DNA of 60,919 nt from Paraglomus brasilianum (Eukaryota): the NCBI GenBank assembly GCA_910592345.1, contig CAJVPI010000072.1:1-60919 (forward strand). Reading direction: 5' to 3'. Every line of letters starts with the position of its first letter. Positions within the stretch are counted from its first letter, which is position 1. Positions 1-13,700 of the stretch are shown here, one piece after another. The notes beneath the pieces were generated by a model that worked only from the letters and a program-made list of their open reading frames with translations, searched no databases and was not told the origin of the DNA. The position numbers and the translations under genes are program-made.

Positions 1-2054
1 GAAAATTATTTACCCCTAAGTAATTTCCTTATTAGAGCAGAGAGCCTTTATCAGGAAACATACCAATATTTTTGACCATATATGTAATAGTTCAAAATTT
101 GTTATTGTGGTACAATTTACTTCCCTTGACTGTAGAGCGATCTCTACCCAAACTAATATTGGGCCACCTCAATTATCATGTGGTGCACATTTTTTTTCGC
201 CATCACTTTGCCACTCAGTGTCATGAGGGCAGCTTTTTTCTTGACATAGGCTATGACTCTCAGCCTTGAACTGGCATCGAGGATGTAGGTAAGAAAGCAT
301 CATTGGCATACTTGTGGTAAATATCCAAATTCTGTTAATTTCCCAACGATTCACTTCCATGTAGTAATGATTTGTTCTTAGTATTTTAATTGCATGTCTT
401 TAGTTTTAATAAATTAGGCCTGATATTCTGCTCATGGTGACTGCACATGGGCTTATTATGAAAAGTACAACCCCACTTGTCTCCTACTTCCCAGCACATA
501 TACTTCAGCTGATGCAAAAGCAAGTGATGCATCCTCTACAAAATATCATCCCACGCGCGTGCACACTTATATCTCATTCTGGATCGATCTGGGTTCTTAC
601 ATTCACATTAATTGTAGCCTTATTTCTAAGTTCTTGTTATACATGCATATTATACTATGTCCAGATTGTCGGGATTAGACTAGATTCCAGTAGTCTATGA
701 TATTCCTTATACAGTAGATCAGACAACCCTTTCTGCAAGTTAGCCATATCACACATTCTTGGTATTAGTATGAACACTGATGGCAAAGGTGTATTGTAAA
801 ATAACGATATTTACTTAACAAAGGGTATAAATCCCAAGGCAGAAGGTGGAACTCGACCACTGGGAGTGCTCTCTCCAAAGGACAAGATCGTGCTCTCACA
901 ATTCACACTTCTTATGGTCGGTTTGTTTTTTTTTTCTTTTTCTTTTTTTTTGAATTATACATGTAATCCGGAATGTACTGTACTCCAATAAAAACGTTAA
1001 AGAATGTGAATACTTCGCGATCGGTAGAAATTTTAAACCGCATAGTAATACCATCGGGCTCAATAGCAAGTCACTTCTTCAATGTTTGTTATATCTCTTC
1101 CAAAGTCGCTTGGATAATCTCGTCCAAATTATCCAAAGTATAGAACTTTGTATATGCTGCGCAGGCAATTGACCCCAACCAGGTTATTTCAATTGCCAGT
1201 TAACCTTCGCCCCATAAATCCTTTTAAGAAACCTTACCTTGAGATATTGCACCTCTTCATCGAGTCCTTTATAGGGTGCCCATCTTCTCGAATTTGGTAT
1301 GAGTCTAACAACTCTCCGGCAAATGTCTGATTATCCAATACTCGACCACTCTTGCTTCAAGTGTCATGTATCGGGCAATGGTGAGGCATCGGAGATTGAT
1401 ACTTCGGAACAAATAAGCATCGAATTGGTGGTAAGTCGTTTTTCGAAGTTGAAAGATTAGGTGGAGGGCGGAAACAGACGAGAAATCATTAGACCATTGA
1501 TTGTTTAGAAGTTGGATCAACGATCAGTCTCGTTTGCTTAGTAAATTAATCCAAGGCAATCGAAGCCGCCTAAAAAATTTTAGAGGTGTTTGACCATTTT
1601 CTCAGCATAGAGATCTCCCAACTCCTTTGTAAAGTCGAGAATTCCTTTTGATGAAGGTCCATTAGATGATCGCCAAAACCAAGGACGCGTATTTAACGAT
1701 CGTCTATACTCACGTGAAGGAGATTTGCTTTTAGACTTTGTTTTCCGTTATCTTGAAATGTGGATTGAATAAAAATTGGCTTAACGCAAGTTGTACAAAA
1801 ATACTATCTTATCAAGGAGAGTTTTTAGCCAGAAAAAAAGCGATTTCAAGAGATCTTATCCATTGGAACTTTTTCTCATAGCTAGTATGAGGACGTTTAT
1901 TAAAGAGGTACATTCAATTCTATCTCTACATAACACTAATGTATAATAAACTGTTCGCTGCATATCTTCCACGTGAAGATAATAAAACATAGTACGCAAA
2001 TGTAGTACGCGCAAAAGATCATAGTATGTGGATATGCACTCGTTTACAGCAGTA

Positions 2055-3465
2055 GGCTTACCGAAGTTGAATGTAATTACACAACTTGGGGATCCGAGAT
2101 AGTTCGAAACTTTTCAATCGTGCTGTACATGTACACACTTCACAAAATTTTGTAGTAGAATTTAGGCAGAGGGTCATTTGCTTTACTCATTTGACATTCC
2201 ATACCAATTCTGCAAGTCGCCTTCTCTAAGTTGATTTGATCCTCGTCAATTATAATTATTACCAGACTGATTAACCGAGTCAACAACATACCTCCTCTCT
2301 TCGTAAAATCTCTCTATCCGCACAAAGGATAATCACTTCGTTTTCTGTTCGAATTTATTCTAACCCAGATGCTGCATTTTATCTACAATCAAATAAATTA
2401 GTCAGGCGGCTAACGCGGTAAAACCCGACTGCCCAGATTTCCCATGATACTCCTTTAAAATTTCCATCATTTGGCTTGACTCACCTAAGTCAGTCAGGAA
2501 TAGTGCATGACTTATTCGAAAAGAATTCGTCGGTGGTAGATTCTGTCCGTGTCGCGAGAATTTGATCTCGTGTTGCATATTGCACAATGTAAGTAAAAGA
2601 TCAAAGGGTCTCACGGATTCTACGGTCTATCTCCTTCGAGGTGTAGGCTAGCAAAAGAGTAAAGGTGGATATATTTGAAATCGATCGATATCCGACGTAC
2701 GCATGTAATAGTATTGCATCGTTATATCGACACTTGTAACAACATTCAAAGAACACATACCACGGCATGAAAGTTTGCCTCAGAATATAAGAATTGGATC
2801 TGGCGCCTGAACCTAATCCAGAACATACCATGCTTCTCTTGCGACTACTCGAAGAACAACTTATCAATATATAGATAGGCTCTTCAACGCAGATAAAAGC
2901 AAGCAAATACAAACCTCCTGGAGCGGAATTGGTGGCCTAAGCTCTATCCTTTCACCCTGTAACATTCACGGCAAATGTTGCGAGCCTATTACTTTACCCA
3001 CAAATAATCTATAGTTTTCTGCTGTCGAACACACGAACGTCAAGTGCAACAAAAAAAACACCCACTTATTAGTAAAGAGCTTCTAGACAGGTTTTAGTTA
3101 TCGAGAGCGTACAAACCTTTAGTAAGGCCTGTCCAGCAACGGTTTCAATTACATCCGTAAATCTTTCTTCTTTCACATTGATTTCCAGATAAAGTGGTAA
3201 GTAAACAGGCAGGTTGTTTGAATCGATGTCGATTGCGCCGGAGCTATTGTACTGATCCGCGTACGGCTTCCAAACGATGGTCGTCCACGACAGTGAGAGA
3301 GACTTGAGCCTTGATATAAATGAATATATCGGAATAACAATTAACTTCTCATCTTTCTATAATTATAGTTCAAAGGTGCGTAACTCAAACTTACTCGATC
3401 TCCTTGAAGCAATAACGCCTCTTGTTCGGCTTGCTCTTTGTCCAGGCGTCATTTATTTGTTCTAG
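2055..3465 (-). pseudogene. SMC5: SMC5 fragment (hinge region and flanking coiled coil), intron-containing, with stops and frameshifts
   Basis: Manual minus-strand translation across frameshifts and introns gives VQ*LRRNRHRFKQP / VYLPLYLEINVKEERFTDVIETVAGQALLK / TFVCSTAENYR / ERIELRPPIPLQE, and later PFDLLLTLCNM. This matches the SMC5 hinge pattern (WLRxNRxxFK..V.EP..L.IN.K...; ..AFV....ED; L.D.P..V...LC). The core match is at about 2915-3300; the limits are approximate. Confidence 0.7.
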
Positions 3466-3779
3466 ATTATCATTGATTACGTTCTATAGGTTTCATATTA
3501 ATTAGTTACCCCAAAACCGATATCATTATTCCTTTGCAAAGCCAAATACTAATAAAAAAAACATACGATTTTATTTTGAATGCCCGTGGCATTATATCCC
3601 GCTGTATTTCACGACGTAATAGATCTGTACGCACCTCTGGTATACATATGATTGCCGATCATCACGTGAAACACAGTAGAGAAGTTACATTGATATTGCA
3701 ATAACTTGCAAATTGAAATCTTATAAATTTATTTCTATAGTAACAACGGGCCATTTGTATACATCATGATAATTATTAT

Positions 3780-3905
3780 TGTGAGAGCTGATGTTGAAAT
3801 CCAGCTGAAGCTGAAACTAACCAATGGGATTAGAGAATAAAATCAGATCAACCAATGAAAAGTCATAGTTTCAGCATCAGCCGGATTTCAGCATCAGCCG
3901 TGACA
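3780..3905. mobile_element. 126-bp MITE-like element with ~40-bp imperfect terminal inverted repeats and TGT...ACA ends
   Basis: The left end tgtgagagctgatgttgaaatccagctgaagctgaaacta aligns with the reverse complement of the right end, tgtcacggctgatgctgaaatccggctgatgctgaaacta. Flanks are AT-rich; no clean target-site duplication. Confidence 0.7.
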
Positions 3906-6409
3906 ATTTATTATAAACTCATATAGGCTGGTAGATACTAATCGGTAAAATATAGCAGATACCGACATGCTTAATGAAACGCTTAGTTGACCTTAACATA
4001 TTTGTTCTTATTGAGTAACCGCTAAGATTGGCGTTAAAATTTATGCAATATACACATTCAGCTCGACAATAAAATCAATACTGTTATCTTGTAAACTTCG
4101 GCACAGACACCGGACAAACGACAATTATTTAGATAGAAACTGCATTTATCTGCGGTACATAATTCACGCTCCGACGAAGAAGTAGTGAAGTAACGCCTAT
4201 CTGGTTTTGGAAACACAGCAATTTTGTGTTCCAAACATCTTCATCCAAATGTAGTCATCTTGCGTTATTCGTTTTAGGAATAGCTATTTCTAATTTTTCT
4301 TTTTGTCAAGGCGGAATATTTAACCGAATAATAATATTGTCAGCAGCTCGTTTTGTTGGGGTGGTTTGTTTTAATTTGGCAATAGGTATGCACCATTGCC
4401 ATACACAATCAAAATGTTGTCACTAAGATATAATCGCAAGAAAAGTGCATCAAATTACAGCGTCTTTCCAAACGGGATGCATACTATTCTATTACTTATA
4501 CTATTATTTAGTAATAATGTACAGTGCGCGTGACTAGTCAAACTATATTATCAATATTATTATTATTTATCGAAACTGGCATCTATAATTTGGTATAACA
4601 TACTATCAATAATAAAGTCTATGACCACCAGCGGTGATAAGTAAATAGATACAATGTGCTATATGTTAGTGCATTTCTGTAATGTACCAACAGGTTTTTT
4701 TGACTTGTCAATCCATCAATTTATCAGCACATCAGTTCTGCTGAGATATAAACTCGAAAGTGATGAGTAAAGTCATAGTGTTATTTATTCTCTATAATGG
4801 ACAAAATCATTTTAATACATTACAGTACGACTATATGTTTGCGATTCATCCTAACCACATGAAAGAAAACTCCATAGAATATAACTAAGTAAGTATTTTA
4901 AGTCTGGTTTAACGATCTCATTTCCTACTCACAGTTTAGTTATTTGAGTCTTTATTGAAACGGATTTGACTCTAAATTCAATACATATAAGACAAATAAC
5001 GTATATTGAAACTTATTAAACAATTTTTCTGTTATTGCTATTTATATTATGAATATGACCATAATTTAAATTTGGGTTCCAAGAGAATGCAAAATTGCAA
5101 AAGGATAAACCTCTTTTTTTTGTATATACAAACTGTTCCCTCTATACATCTTCGTTCTAAAAATAATGTTTAATATAGGTATTATAACCTTATAATTTGA
5201 ATTTCCAATGTTTACGTAATCAAAATTTACGCCCGTGTATTACGCGCTCCTTTGTTTTTATTTTTCCTTTAAACTATCTTTAAACTTTTTCATTCTAAAT
5301 ATTTGATTCTGCTCCCCCCGTTTACTTTAAATTTTTCTTGCCTTTTCTGGGGTTTATTTTCTTTTAATTGTTCATCTTGACCGAACGTAGACCACTCCTC
5401 GAGAAAATATATCGTTGCGTTTCGTCTCGCATTCCAGAGAGTAATTGGCGATGAAAGAAGCCGCTTGTTTCGGAGGCCTGTATATATGGCCATTTGCATT
5501 TGATTTAGATGCAGGCATATTACCGCTAAAAGGCCGGCCTCCGTTTAGGAGGCTTGTACATGTGGTGGTGCCCACAGTTGTGGACATACTGGACATTGTC
5601 GGAGAGCACATAATGAATTAATTAATATATATTTTTGCTCTCTGGCTTATAAATAAGCACGTCAGAGTTTGAAAGTTTCTTTTTAACTTGGCAAGAAGTT
5701 AACTGAGATGTGAAAACGTATATGAGGTTTGCGTTGTTAACGAATATTTGTTATGTCTTACGTTCGCTTTGTGCAGAACCTGAGTATTCTCATGTCATTA
5801 TATATGCTATTCCCAGCAGACGCATTAATTGGGTGTATCGGCCGGCATGTTTTCCCTTCACGTATGATATACATATTGTTCCTTATTGTCGCTGCCAAAA
5901 CTTGTTAAGCATTTGTACCTACATGTTTGTCTTCATTATGGTCGGTATCTTTTATGGTGGTACGGCATACTCTGCATATTTAATGACCATCATCAAATCA
6001 TCATCTAACACGAATTCAACGTGTGATTTGTAAGGAAATATTAATATCTTATTCTGGTATCATCATAATGGATGCCATAGATTGTGTGCACCGTGAAATC
6101 TCGTGCTCCGCAGTAACACATTACACAGGTATGCCAAGCATCTGCACGTTTCTCCGATTTGGCATAGATGAACAAACGCAACAAGATACCCAAGTGTTGC
6201 TAAGGGGTCGTCGATTGTCTCGTTGTCAGCAACTCAGATTCTGCGCTTAAAGAAACATAAATCCTCTTTCCCATACATTATTTAATACTCCTGCAATTTT
6301 AATTTGCGATATCGACAGACGAGACGGAGCGGAGAAAGGGCAGAGAACAAAGTTCTCTTTCATTCATGTTGCCTGTGACTCTCGAAAGTTATTGTGACGT
6401 CCACTTCCG

Positions 6410-8275
6410 CAAGTATTCACAGTCTGAAGGCAAGTATTGAATAGTGAATAGTTGCATTCATCATCATGTCTGTCAATAGTGTTATTCAATTATTATTATT
6501 ACCTTTTTTCCAGGATTACTACAATACAGCCCAATCATACAAACAAACTTCATTGAGGGTACACCACCTCCCAGGTTGGGCTGCTCAGCAATAATTCAGT
6601 GCTGTGTAGCAAAGAAGAAAACTCATCTATGACCTGGCAGTTAATATGGTTGGAATAAAGATATTGAATAGCATTCCAGGGTCTGATTTGGTGTGTGTGC
6701 AGACCTGGCTGCTCCCACTTCTACAAAAGTGGAACATACACCAACAAAAAACTAGATAGAAATAAAGTAAAACAAACACTAAATAGAGAAAATTTTTTGC
6801 AATCATATACATATTCTAATACAGAGTCTTATAAATTATTAGTATTAGTGTTGTGCAAAGAAGATAAAAAAACAGAAGGGTTTAATTACATCATAATCAA
6901 TCATAAAAGTAATGAGTTTTGTTGTAAATATGACTCTTCAAGATAAATGTAAGTCTATGACTTAGTAAATAAGAACTTTTTTTTACTAGAGAAAGAGAAC
7001 TCTTTTTGACATTACTGGCCATAATTAAAAAATATATATATATATTTTTTGTTACAAGATGCTATCTTTATTTGGGATTTAAGGTAGTATTTCTGTCACC
7101 AGAAGAGGAAGTGGTTGGGAGCAATATACTAATACCCCAATTAATATTAATACTTATGGCACTTGAATCACAAGTTTAAGATAAATTAGAGGATATTCAA
7201 ATTCTGTGGTGTATTTTAATTTGTATGTGTAGTGATTGAGTATTCAGCATAGTAGTATGGTAAATTTAATTAATATTAAAGGGAGTAATTTGTATAAAGT
7301 GTTTATTATTATGTTGGCTTGTGATATAATCTAAGTTTAAAATGGTCAACTGAAGGATTGAGTATGGTTGTGTTAGAATAGAAAATGGACAATTACATTT
7401 TTGTTGCTGTTCTTTTAATTACTATCACTATCTATATCATTAACATTACATGTGTAAATAAGATCAATATCAATGGAGGTAACAAAGATAATGCCTTCAA
7501 TCTCCTATACTAATACCTCCTTTCTCCCCCATTTTAGGTTACCATCAACAGGGGAATGCCCAGTCCCAAAAACATAGGGCTTTTCCATACAATACTAATC
7601 CCCCAATATCATTCCTCTTCTATCTTCACCCTCCCCATCTCCAAAAGTTAAAATGAGCTTCAGATGTATATATATGGTTCAGCAATAAAGTTGTACTTAT
7701 CCAAATGTTCAGTGATCATAATTGTGAAATACAAATTGCATCAAATACATATTTACACCCACAACTGTTTCTATATCAGCTATTTTTGAGATTGTCATAT
7801 GTCAAACACTGCTAAATGGTCATGTGGGCAAAAGAAAGAGCTTATTAAATCTCTGCTAAGACATAGTAAGTATCCTTCCAGATTTCTCTTAAATAATTAT
7901 AATAGGGAGCCAGGATAAAAGAATCTCTGAGGATATGTGTCATTCGGAAAATAACTAGTACTAGATAGATCTTATTAATATATAAGTATAAGGTTATATA
8001 AGTTTTAATTTGTGCTCAATATATAATACTAAAGATACTTGCATTATTAACCTGTGCCCAAAGTTTGCATTAGGCATACTTTCTGGATCTTCTGTGTTGT
8101 CTTATAAAATCCTTTTGATTAAAATGATGGCTGCCCATATACTTTTCATTTAGAATTTGATTCATATGGTATATTCTGGAGGGGTGAAAAAAAACACTGA
8201 GTAAAGTTCTGAACTGAGCCTTGACTAATTTCAAGCATGGTTTCCAGTTGGTAATAACTCACTGGATTTACTAGA
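6410..8275. other. CpG-depleted tract, probably a heavily decayed transposon or repeat
   Basis: I found only one CG (at ~7945) in ~1.86 kb, whereas the flanks have ordinary CG frequency. A weak transposase-HTH-like phrase (LEISQGSVQNF) occurs on the minus strand near 8200-8240. Confidence 0.55.
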
Positions 8276-8661
8276 CGTAAGTTTATTTTTCGTTATCATG
8301 TGTCTTTGGACGTTCAACTCACTCATTTTCATTCTCATTCTCGTTTTCAATGAAGAGTAGGGTTTGATTATTGTTTGAGGGATAATGTGTGCTCAGGATT
8401 CGACGCGCTTTCAACCTTATAATGTACTGATTAATGTTGTGTACTGATTCATGACTTCTACTACTCAATCCCGCATTTGTTTACAATCCTTCTAAATGTT
8501 TCTATGCATGTGACTGGTTAAATTTAGAACTTTGTGCATGTGACTGTTTATATTCACAACCTATTACTTATCATTATACAGTTAAGGGGGTAGCTGTGAT
8601 ATTGTTGCTACAGTTAGGGAAGTCAGTCATGTTAAGCTTTAATGTAATAAATAGGAAGGAA

Positions 8662-8832
8662 GTTATATCTAGAGCTACAGAATCTAGTAAGTATGCGTGG
8701 GGGTTGCAGTGATGTTATGGTTTTCGAGGATGCTTGTGTTTTTCTCCTTTGGGAGTTTGTCCATCCACGCCTGAGCTATGATATTTAAAGGGGAGGTTAT
8801 ATCTATAGAGCTACAGAATCTAGCAAGTATGA
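8662..8832 (+). repeat. Direct repeat pair of ~35 bp
   Basis: gttatatctagagctacagaatctagtaagtatg at ~8662 and gttatatctatagagctacagaatctagcaagtatg at ~8797. Confidence 0.8.
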
Positions 8833-10316
8833 GCTTGGTTTATTGGTGACATCCAATAACAACATCGGATACTGACTACCCTTTTATTTATAATGTTTAG
8901 AAACTGGAGGGTCAATGGGTTTACGTACGCTTTATGTAACGGTCACAGGCAATACATATTATTAAATATGGGAATTTCTTTTTTCTCCGATAGTACTTCA
9001 ACTATTTCTGTTCTGATGCTTTGACATTCTGACATGAAATCCCATAGAACTTGGCAAACTATCAAGATTGAAATTAGATCAGAAAGGTAGCTCAATTACC
9101 TTCCCCAAACGAATGGATCACCCAAAGCATACATTCACCAGCCCAAAGAAATTGTCGTCAGCATGATCTCCAACCTAACCTCCAGAATTCACGTAGACAA
9201 GTATCCTGACAACACCCCCGTGTATTGTAATCACGCAGTTAATGGTATGCCCGTCGTCTGCAGGACGTATTTTGCGTCTTCACAATAGGAATTTTTCATA
9301 ACAGTAATCGATTGTACCATTACTTTTACTAACTTTTATTCTTCCCCTCTTTAAAGATTAACTAATTTCCAAGTCAAGATGAATTTCTTATTACATGGTT
9401 TGCTAGTTCGCTATGCTTCGCTTCCAGATGTCGAACGTTAATTATCTGGACTGAGGCAGTGCTTTAAATTAACTTTTACGTGCTTTGGATATTGCGAAGC
9501 TAATGAGGAGAATTAATGTGTGGCGATATTTAAGTAACGATAATGTGCATAATTTTCTATCATTATCGAATTATATTTAATTATTCAAAACTTGGACGAC
9601 AATGTTGAAGGACGATTCTGTAAGCGTTTTTTATTCGTTGTATTCAATCAAACTGTATTGAGAAGAGAGCGTGCATGATAAGCATAGACATGTTTATACC
9701 GACGTATACGTAATTATAGATATGAACTTGCAGGCGTTTTTATGCGAACATTTTTAATAATGTAAGACTTTATTTCCAAGCTACATGTAACATGCTAGAG
9801 CTAGTTTTTTATTACGCGAACATTGATTAATTGTTTGTATCCTATTAATATTAATCCTTTCTTTTATTCCCGACTAAAAATAATTAGGGCAATAGAATAA
9901 AACAGTCAGCTTTTGTTTTGATTCAATTTCTCGACAATCAGTTTCAAACGATCAAATCTACACATCTTGAAACCAATTTTTTTGTAAAATGTTTACATAT
10001 TACTATTTAAAAAACCCACCACGAAAGAAGAAAAAGAACATATACAATGGAAAGTTAACCGAATGTAAATGGCACTGATACAGACAGTAACTGTCAAGTG
10101 CCTCGGATTGATGGCGGCATTGACCATCTTCTTTTCCCAACATTGTCCTTTTAAACTCGCCGATAAATTCTGATGTACATTTCTCGCCGTGCTGAATAAG
10201 GTTGTTTATGATGACATTTGGCTTTGCACTGTTACAGCCTTAGACTGTTTATTTCCCGCCCGTATTCGGATCGGGACGCGATGTTTGCGTTGACGTCCCC
10301 GAGTGTTTGGGACCTT

Positions 10317-10580
10317 GGAGTGCTTGGTTGGGATTTGGCAAGGAGTGCGGCCATTTACGATAAGTATTCGTAATTATTAATCTCCCAAGAAGCGGTTTCG
10401 AGAGTCAGAGTCAGAGTCGGGATCAGAGTCAGAGTCGGGAGTGCTTGGTTGGATCCGGCAAGGAGTGCTTGGCTTGGTTGGGATCTGGCCCGTTTACAAT
10501 AAGTATTCTTCGGGACAATCCCCTAAGAGTACGGTTTCGAGAGTCAGGCGTCGTCGGCATCAGCGTCAGAGTCAGAGTCG
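10317..10580. repeat. Imperfect tandem duplication (two units of ~120-140 bp)
   Basis: ggagtgcttggttgg...ggcaaggagtgc...tttac.ataagtattc...cggtttcgagagtcag occurs at ~10317-10436 and again at ~10438-10580. Confidence 0.8.
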
Positions 10581-10607
10581 GGGCCGGGGTTGGAAGTTGG
10601 AGCGAGC

Positions 10608-10710
10608 CGAAGTCAGAGTCGAAGTCAGAGTCGAAGTCAGAGTAGAAGTCAGAGTAGAAGTCAGAGTCGAAGTCAGAGTCGGAGTTAGAGTCGGAGTTAG
10701 AGTCGGAGTC
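10608..10710. repeat. 12-bp minisatellite (gaagtcagagtc)n, about 8 copies
   Basis: Directly visible. It accounts for the VRVE, SESK and TLTS repeats in the ORF track; the third minus frame reads DSDSNSDSNSDSDFDSDF. Confidence 0.9.
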
Positions 10711-13700
10711 AGGATTGTATGAAGTTTGAAATAAGATTTTGTGTTGTAAGTTCGTATTTGATTTTTCTTTGTAAATGTTGTCATATTAATCTTGTCAAAG
10801 ATGTGGGGGTGATACCGTAGACCTGTGCTTATTTATAAGCGAACGACTAGACAGGGCGCATCTATTTTTGGGTACAGCAATACACGACACGTAATTTGAT
10901 TGAATCATTCACAGACGCGCAAAGCAAGTCACTTTGCTTAATCCGAATAATATGCACGTTATTCGCGTAATCATTTCATGATTATTGTAGAACATTCTCT
11001 GCTGTATTACGCAAATTGGACTGGGTACAAACAAGAGTACATATATAATGCATTGTTCTGTTATGGGAACATTCTGAAACATGACACTACTACACGGTAT
11101 GATGAACTACCGACAATCGGTATCGATACTGATTTTTAATACCACCAGCTTTGTTTCACAATAAACAACAAAGAACTTGCATGTTGTGTATGTTGTGTAC
11201 AGTATTAAGGATGGACTATGTAATACGAGTTTTCACTTACACAGGTCATCCAATCGCTTGCATTATCAGACACATGTTTGTACGCCGCTGAGTATGGGAA
11301 TGTGAAAATATCTGATCGAGGACATGATAGCAATAACGTAATCAATGAAAAATGGCTTACGCAAAATATGCTGTATATTATAATATTATTTGTATCATAT
11401 GAGCATCTTGATAATAGTATACTTGTTGGAGCGTTTTCTCTCTATCTGTCAGGACTTGGTTGACTTGAATGCTGTTTTCCCAATATACAATCTCTTGCAT
11501 CTCTTGCATCTGTCCTATGTATCACCAACATGCATATGTTTATGTTCCACAATTGTGCATAGAACGGAGAATGAAAACTCGATTTCCGCAATCAAATGAC
11601 AACGTAAAGTTAATATATACATTATTATGTGTATTAAAAATAGTTTGGGATAGTGCTCTAGTATCTAAATATTATCCTCGTATTGATGTAGAGTGTATTT
11701 GGCATTGGTTGATATGCCTTCGCTATTAAGCATACAGGTTATATGCATGCAAGTAAATAGATCATGCAGCATTGTTAACTGGTGATCGTTACCATAACAA
11801 CCGATAATCTTCCGTTGGAAAACTCTTGGACAGATGAAAGAATTGACTCCTTGATAGAACGTTTGTGCCATATATGCAAAAGTCAGCATTACAATATTGC
11901 GTATTTACAAACAATAAAACTATAAACTGTATACTTATTAGATGATAGGTAGCAGTTTCGCAATGAACCATTACAAGTAGGTTCTATTGACAGGAGGCGT
12001 TGGTTGCATTGATGAGTAGCTGTGATTATACCAGTCCGAAAATAGTTAATATATACGAAAATCAGAAGTTGTTTATAAGCATTCAATTATACTATTTAAC
12101 CATTGCTCAGCCACACTCTCTGTTCGATGTTGAAGTCCTTTGTTTTCTTTCAGAGACATGATCTGGTTGAACATGACACAAGGAAACATTAAAATTAACA
12201 TGCCCAACAACAGCTTTTGTAAACTGATAGCAGATCCCTACCAAACAATCTGTTTTACTCTTACTCCCTCAAATTACACTCTTAATAAAAAATTGTCCAT
12301 CTTCAATAACCAAACCCTTCCTTTCATTTCGGAGCAAAATATGCTCACAAGGGACGTTGTGGGGTTACTCCTCTATGGCCCTCTATATCTCCACGAAGTA
12401 AGGATATAATCGTGCCATGAATAATCTTTCTTAACCCTCGGATGAAGAATGCATGCATTCAGAGAGGGAAGCATCTGAGCGATGTTAGCAAACGTTCGTC
12501 TAAAAATTGATCCATTATATGGCAAACTCTCTTCATAATGCCGCCCTTGGGTATGGTGGAAATGTTATGTTAGGAAAAGTTAAGCATGGCCACCACGGTG
12601 GGCCTGCAACAGCACGGATGAAGGTGGAGTGAGTGGGTGGGGAGAACCCGACGACCAACCAGAATAATTCTTAATGGCTAGAATGTCAACCTGTTGTTTA
12701 TACTTAAATGATACATATAAATAAACATACCCTTTTCACTATACAAATTGTTTTCTACCAGATGTGCGAAGTCTTACTCTAGAACGGCATATCTCGATCG
12801 CATTACATTGATCGCTCTTATTATTATTCAATGCAACGACTATAAATATATACGTACACTATGTATCCGATCAAGCTATAACAATAAAAATTACGATTTA
12901 TTAATGCAAAAGTATCTGACTGACTGTTTACCATATATTTATAACCCACTCGAAATAATAAATTGCGCTTTCCACAAACGTCGAACAATAGATTATATAA
13001 ATTTTGGGTTAGACTTCTTCGCGGTCAAAATCTGGTTGGTTCGGTATAACAAATGGATTGACCCATCAATTCCAAAGAGGCAGTACCATCTCAAACGCCT
13101 TATAACCGACGTATCTACAGAATTGCAATATTAATATGTTAGCTGCGAACTTATCTTTGAACTAATATCAAATTTACTTGCTTCGTTGACAATAATTAAA
13201 GTATATTGCGCCTAAACAGTCCCATGTTAATGTAGAGCAACCCCAGCCCCCACGCCTCTCCCAATAACGCAGTCAATGTCTTTCTTTTTTTTTTTTAGGA
13301 AGTCTCCACACATGAATCCTGCCATCAGAGGAAAGCAAGACTCGCACCCCATACTAACTTGTATCAACAACCGGCAGTCCATTCTCGGTGCTCTTGAACC
13401 CATCGGATTCGATCTTACTTTTTTTCACGGTTTGTGAGCCGCGAATAATCGTTCATTGTCATATCGAATAACTGAGTGAACAAATCATCCGGTTTTCATC
13501 GAATAATCAGTTTTATCCGAAAAAGTTTTCAGTGATGGTTAAGCTCTCATACTCGGTCTCTTAGCTATCTTGCAACGGTCTCATGCCATTCTTGTTATTT
13601 TGTCCTTCAATCATCTATACAGATCAATTACGTGACTACAGAAATGGACACGGGAAAGTTGAAGATGATTAATGGTCGAATTTTCAGGTGTTCAATAAAA

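Noticed and set aside
990..1700. Continuation of SMC5 (TLDNLDEIIQA resembles an SMC5 coiled-coil phrase)
   Set aside because: The surrounding translation does not fit SMC5. It looks like decayed coding DNA, but I cannot assign it.
6068..6250. F-box-like remnant (MDAIDCVHREI / LHVSPIWHR)
   Set aside because: It needs frameshifts and matches too few consensus residues.
10441..10784. ORFs with VRVE, SESK or TLTS repeats as real proteins
   Set aside because: The open frames are a by-product of the 12-bp minisatellite.
12748..13134. 128-aa ORF
   Set aside because: Non-ATG start, no recognisable motif, and composition typical of random AT-rich DNA.
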